Shown here piece after piece: positions 63,371 to 64,000 of a DNA stretch of 64,000 bases. Source of the stretch: Nemertoderma westbladi (taxonomy: Eukaryota > Animalia > Xenacoelomorpha); the NCBI GenBank assembly GCA_032718475.1, contig JAUCBJ010009124.1, forward strand, positions 17,422 to 81,421, written 5' to 3'. A program made the translations under genes and the position numbers. Each line of letters begins with the position of its first letter. The stretch's first letter is position 1. The notes beneath the pieces are model-generated. The model ran no database searches, was not told the DNA's origin, and saw only the letters and a list, made by a program, of their open reading frames with translations.

Positions 63371-64000
63371 CGTAATAACATATGGAGTGGGCGTGTGACT
63401 ATATTATTTTATCTATTTTATTATATTTTATATGTGAACATTATTATGTACTTTATTATAATCGTTTTTATTCAATTTTATTTAGTAGAAGGTTATTTTA
63501 GATTATTTAGTAGATTAGTGCAATATATTAGTGTTTATTACGTAATTACATATATATAATATATATAGTGTGACGGCGAGAAATAATTTTTCTCTTTCCT
63601 TACTGTCCGTATCATATTATAAATACGTGACTACAGTAAGATGAAATGTCTGTACTTATTAAAGTACAATAAAGCCACTACTATATTCAAGTATTATTGG
63701 TAGGCAGAGTATTAGGAATGCAAAGTTCAGATCCTCGTGTCTCGGCTAGTAGTAGGAGAAGCATAGTTCTCGGCTAACTCCTCCCTAGCCTGGGCTACGG
63801 GCCACATCTCGGAGGCAATTAAAAAATGCCAAATTCCGGTGCTAAATCGAGGTGTTTAATGACCATCTGTCACCATCAATATTGATTCGCGTCGTTGCCT
63901 TCAACCAATCGCTGCCTATCACCTACGCGTAGCCTAACCTCGCGATGCCTGCCTTACTCCTACAGCTGTTACCACCCGCGCGTATTGGTTCGTGTCGTTG
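63371..64000 (+). mobile_element. Possible LTR plus primer-binding site of an LTR retrotransposon running off the window
   Basis: GTAATA...TATTA termini, TATA-like tract, AATAAA at ~63668, then TGGTAGGCAGAG (close to the tRNA-iMet PBS TGGTAGCAGAG); no second LTR or ORF visible. Confidence 0.3.

Overview
Eukaryotic (invertebrate animal-type, AT-rich) genomic window containing the 3' ends of two convergent spliced genes. On +, the last coding exon (4760-4828, DQYALCYKAALEYVGSYDQYLS*) of a LAR-family receptor tyrosine phosphatase. On -, 17 phase-consistent GT-AG exons (62588 down to 12129, ~927 aa) of a PKD1-like polycystin, covering part of the PLAT domain, the transmembrane region and the C-terminus; the 5' part lies outside the window. 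About 36 kb of the 64 kb is six tandem-repeat arrays (20, 63, 43, 42, 22 and 38/42 bp units). The rest contains RTE and CRE retrotransposon fragments, tRNA-derived SINEs and MITEs. Main finding: two arrays, in two different genes, are amplifications of the host gene's own exon-end plus 5' splice donor (VQTE|GTAGGT, ~235 copies; PITSPFTRVQ|GTA(T/A)GA, ~135 copies). They appear to have inflated ~100-160-nt introns to several kb. A third, 15.5-kb array derives from the tRNA-like arm of a local foldback element. The very long ORFs in the ORF track are repeat artefacts.
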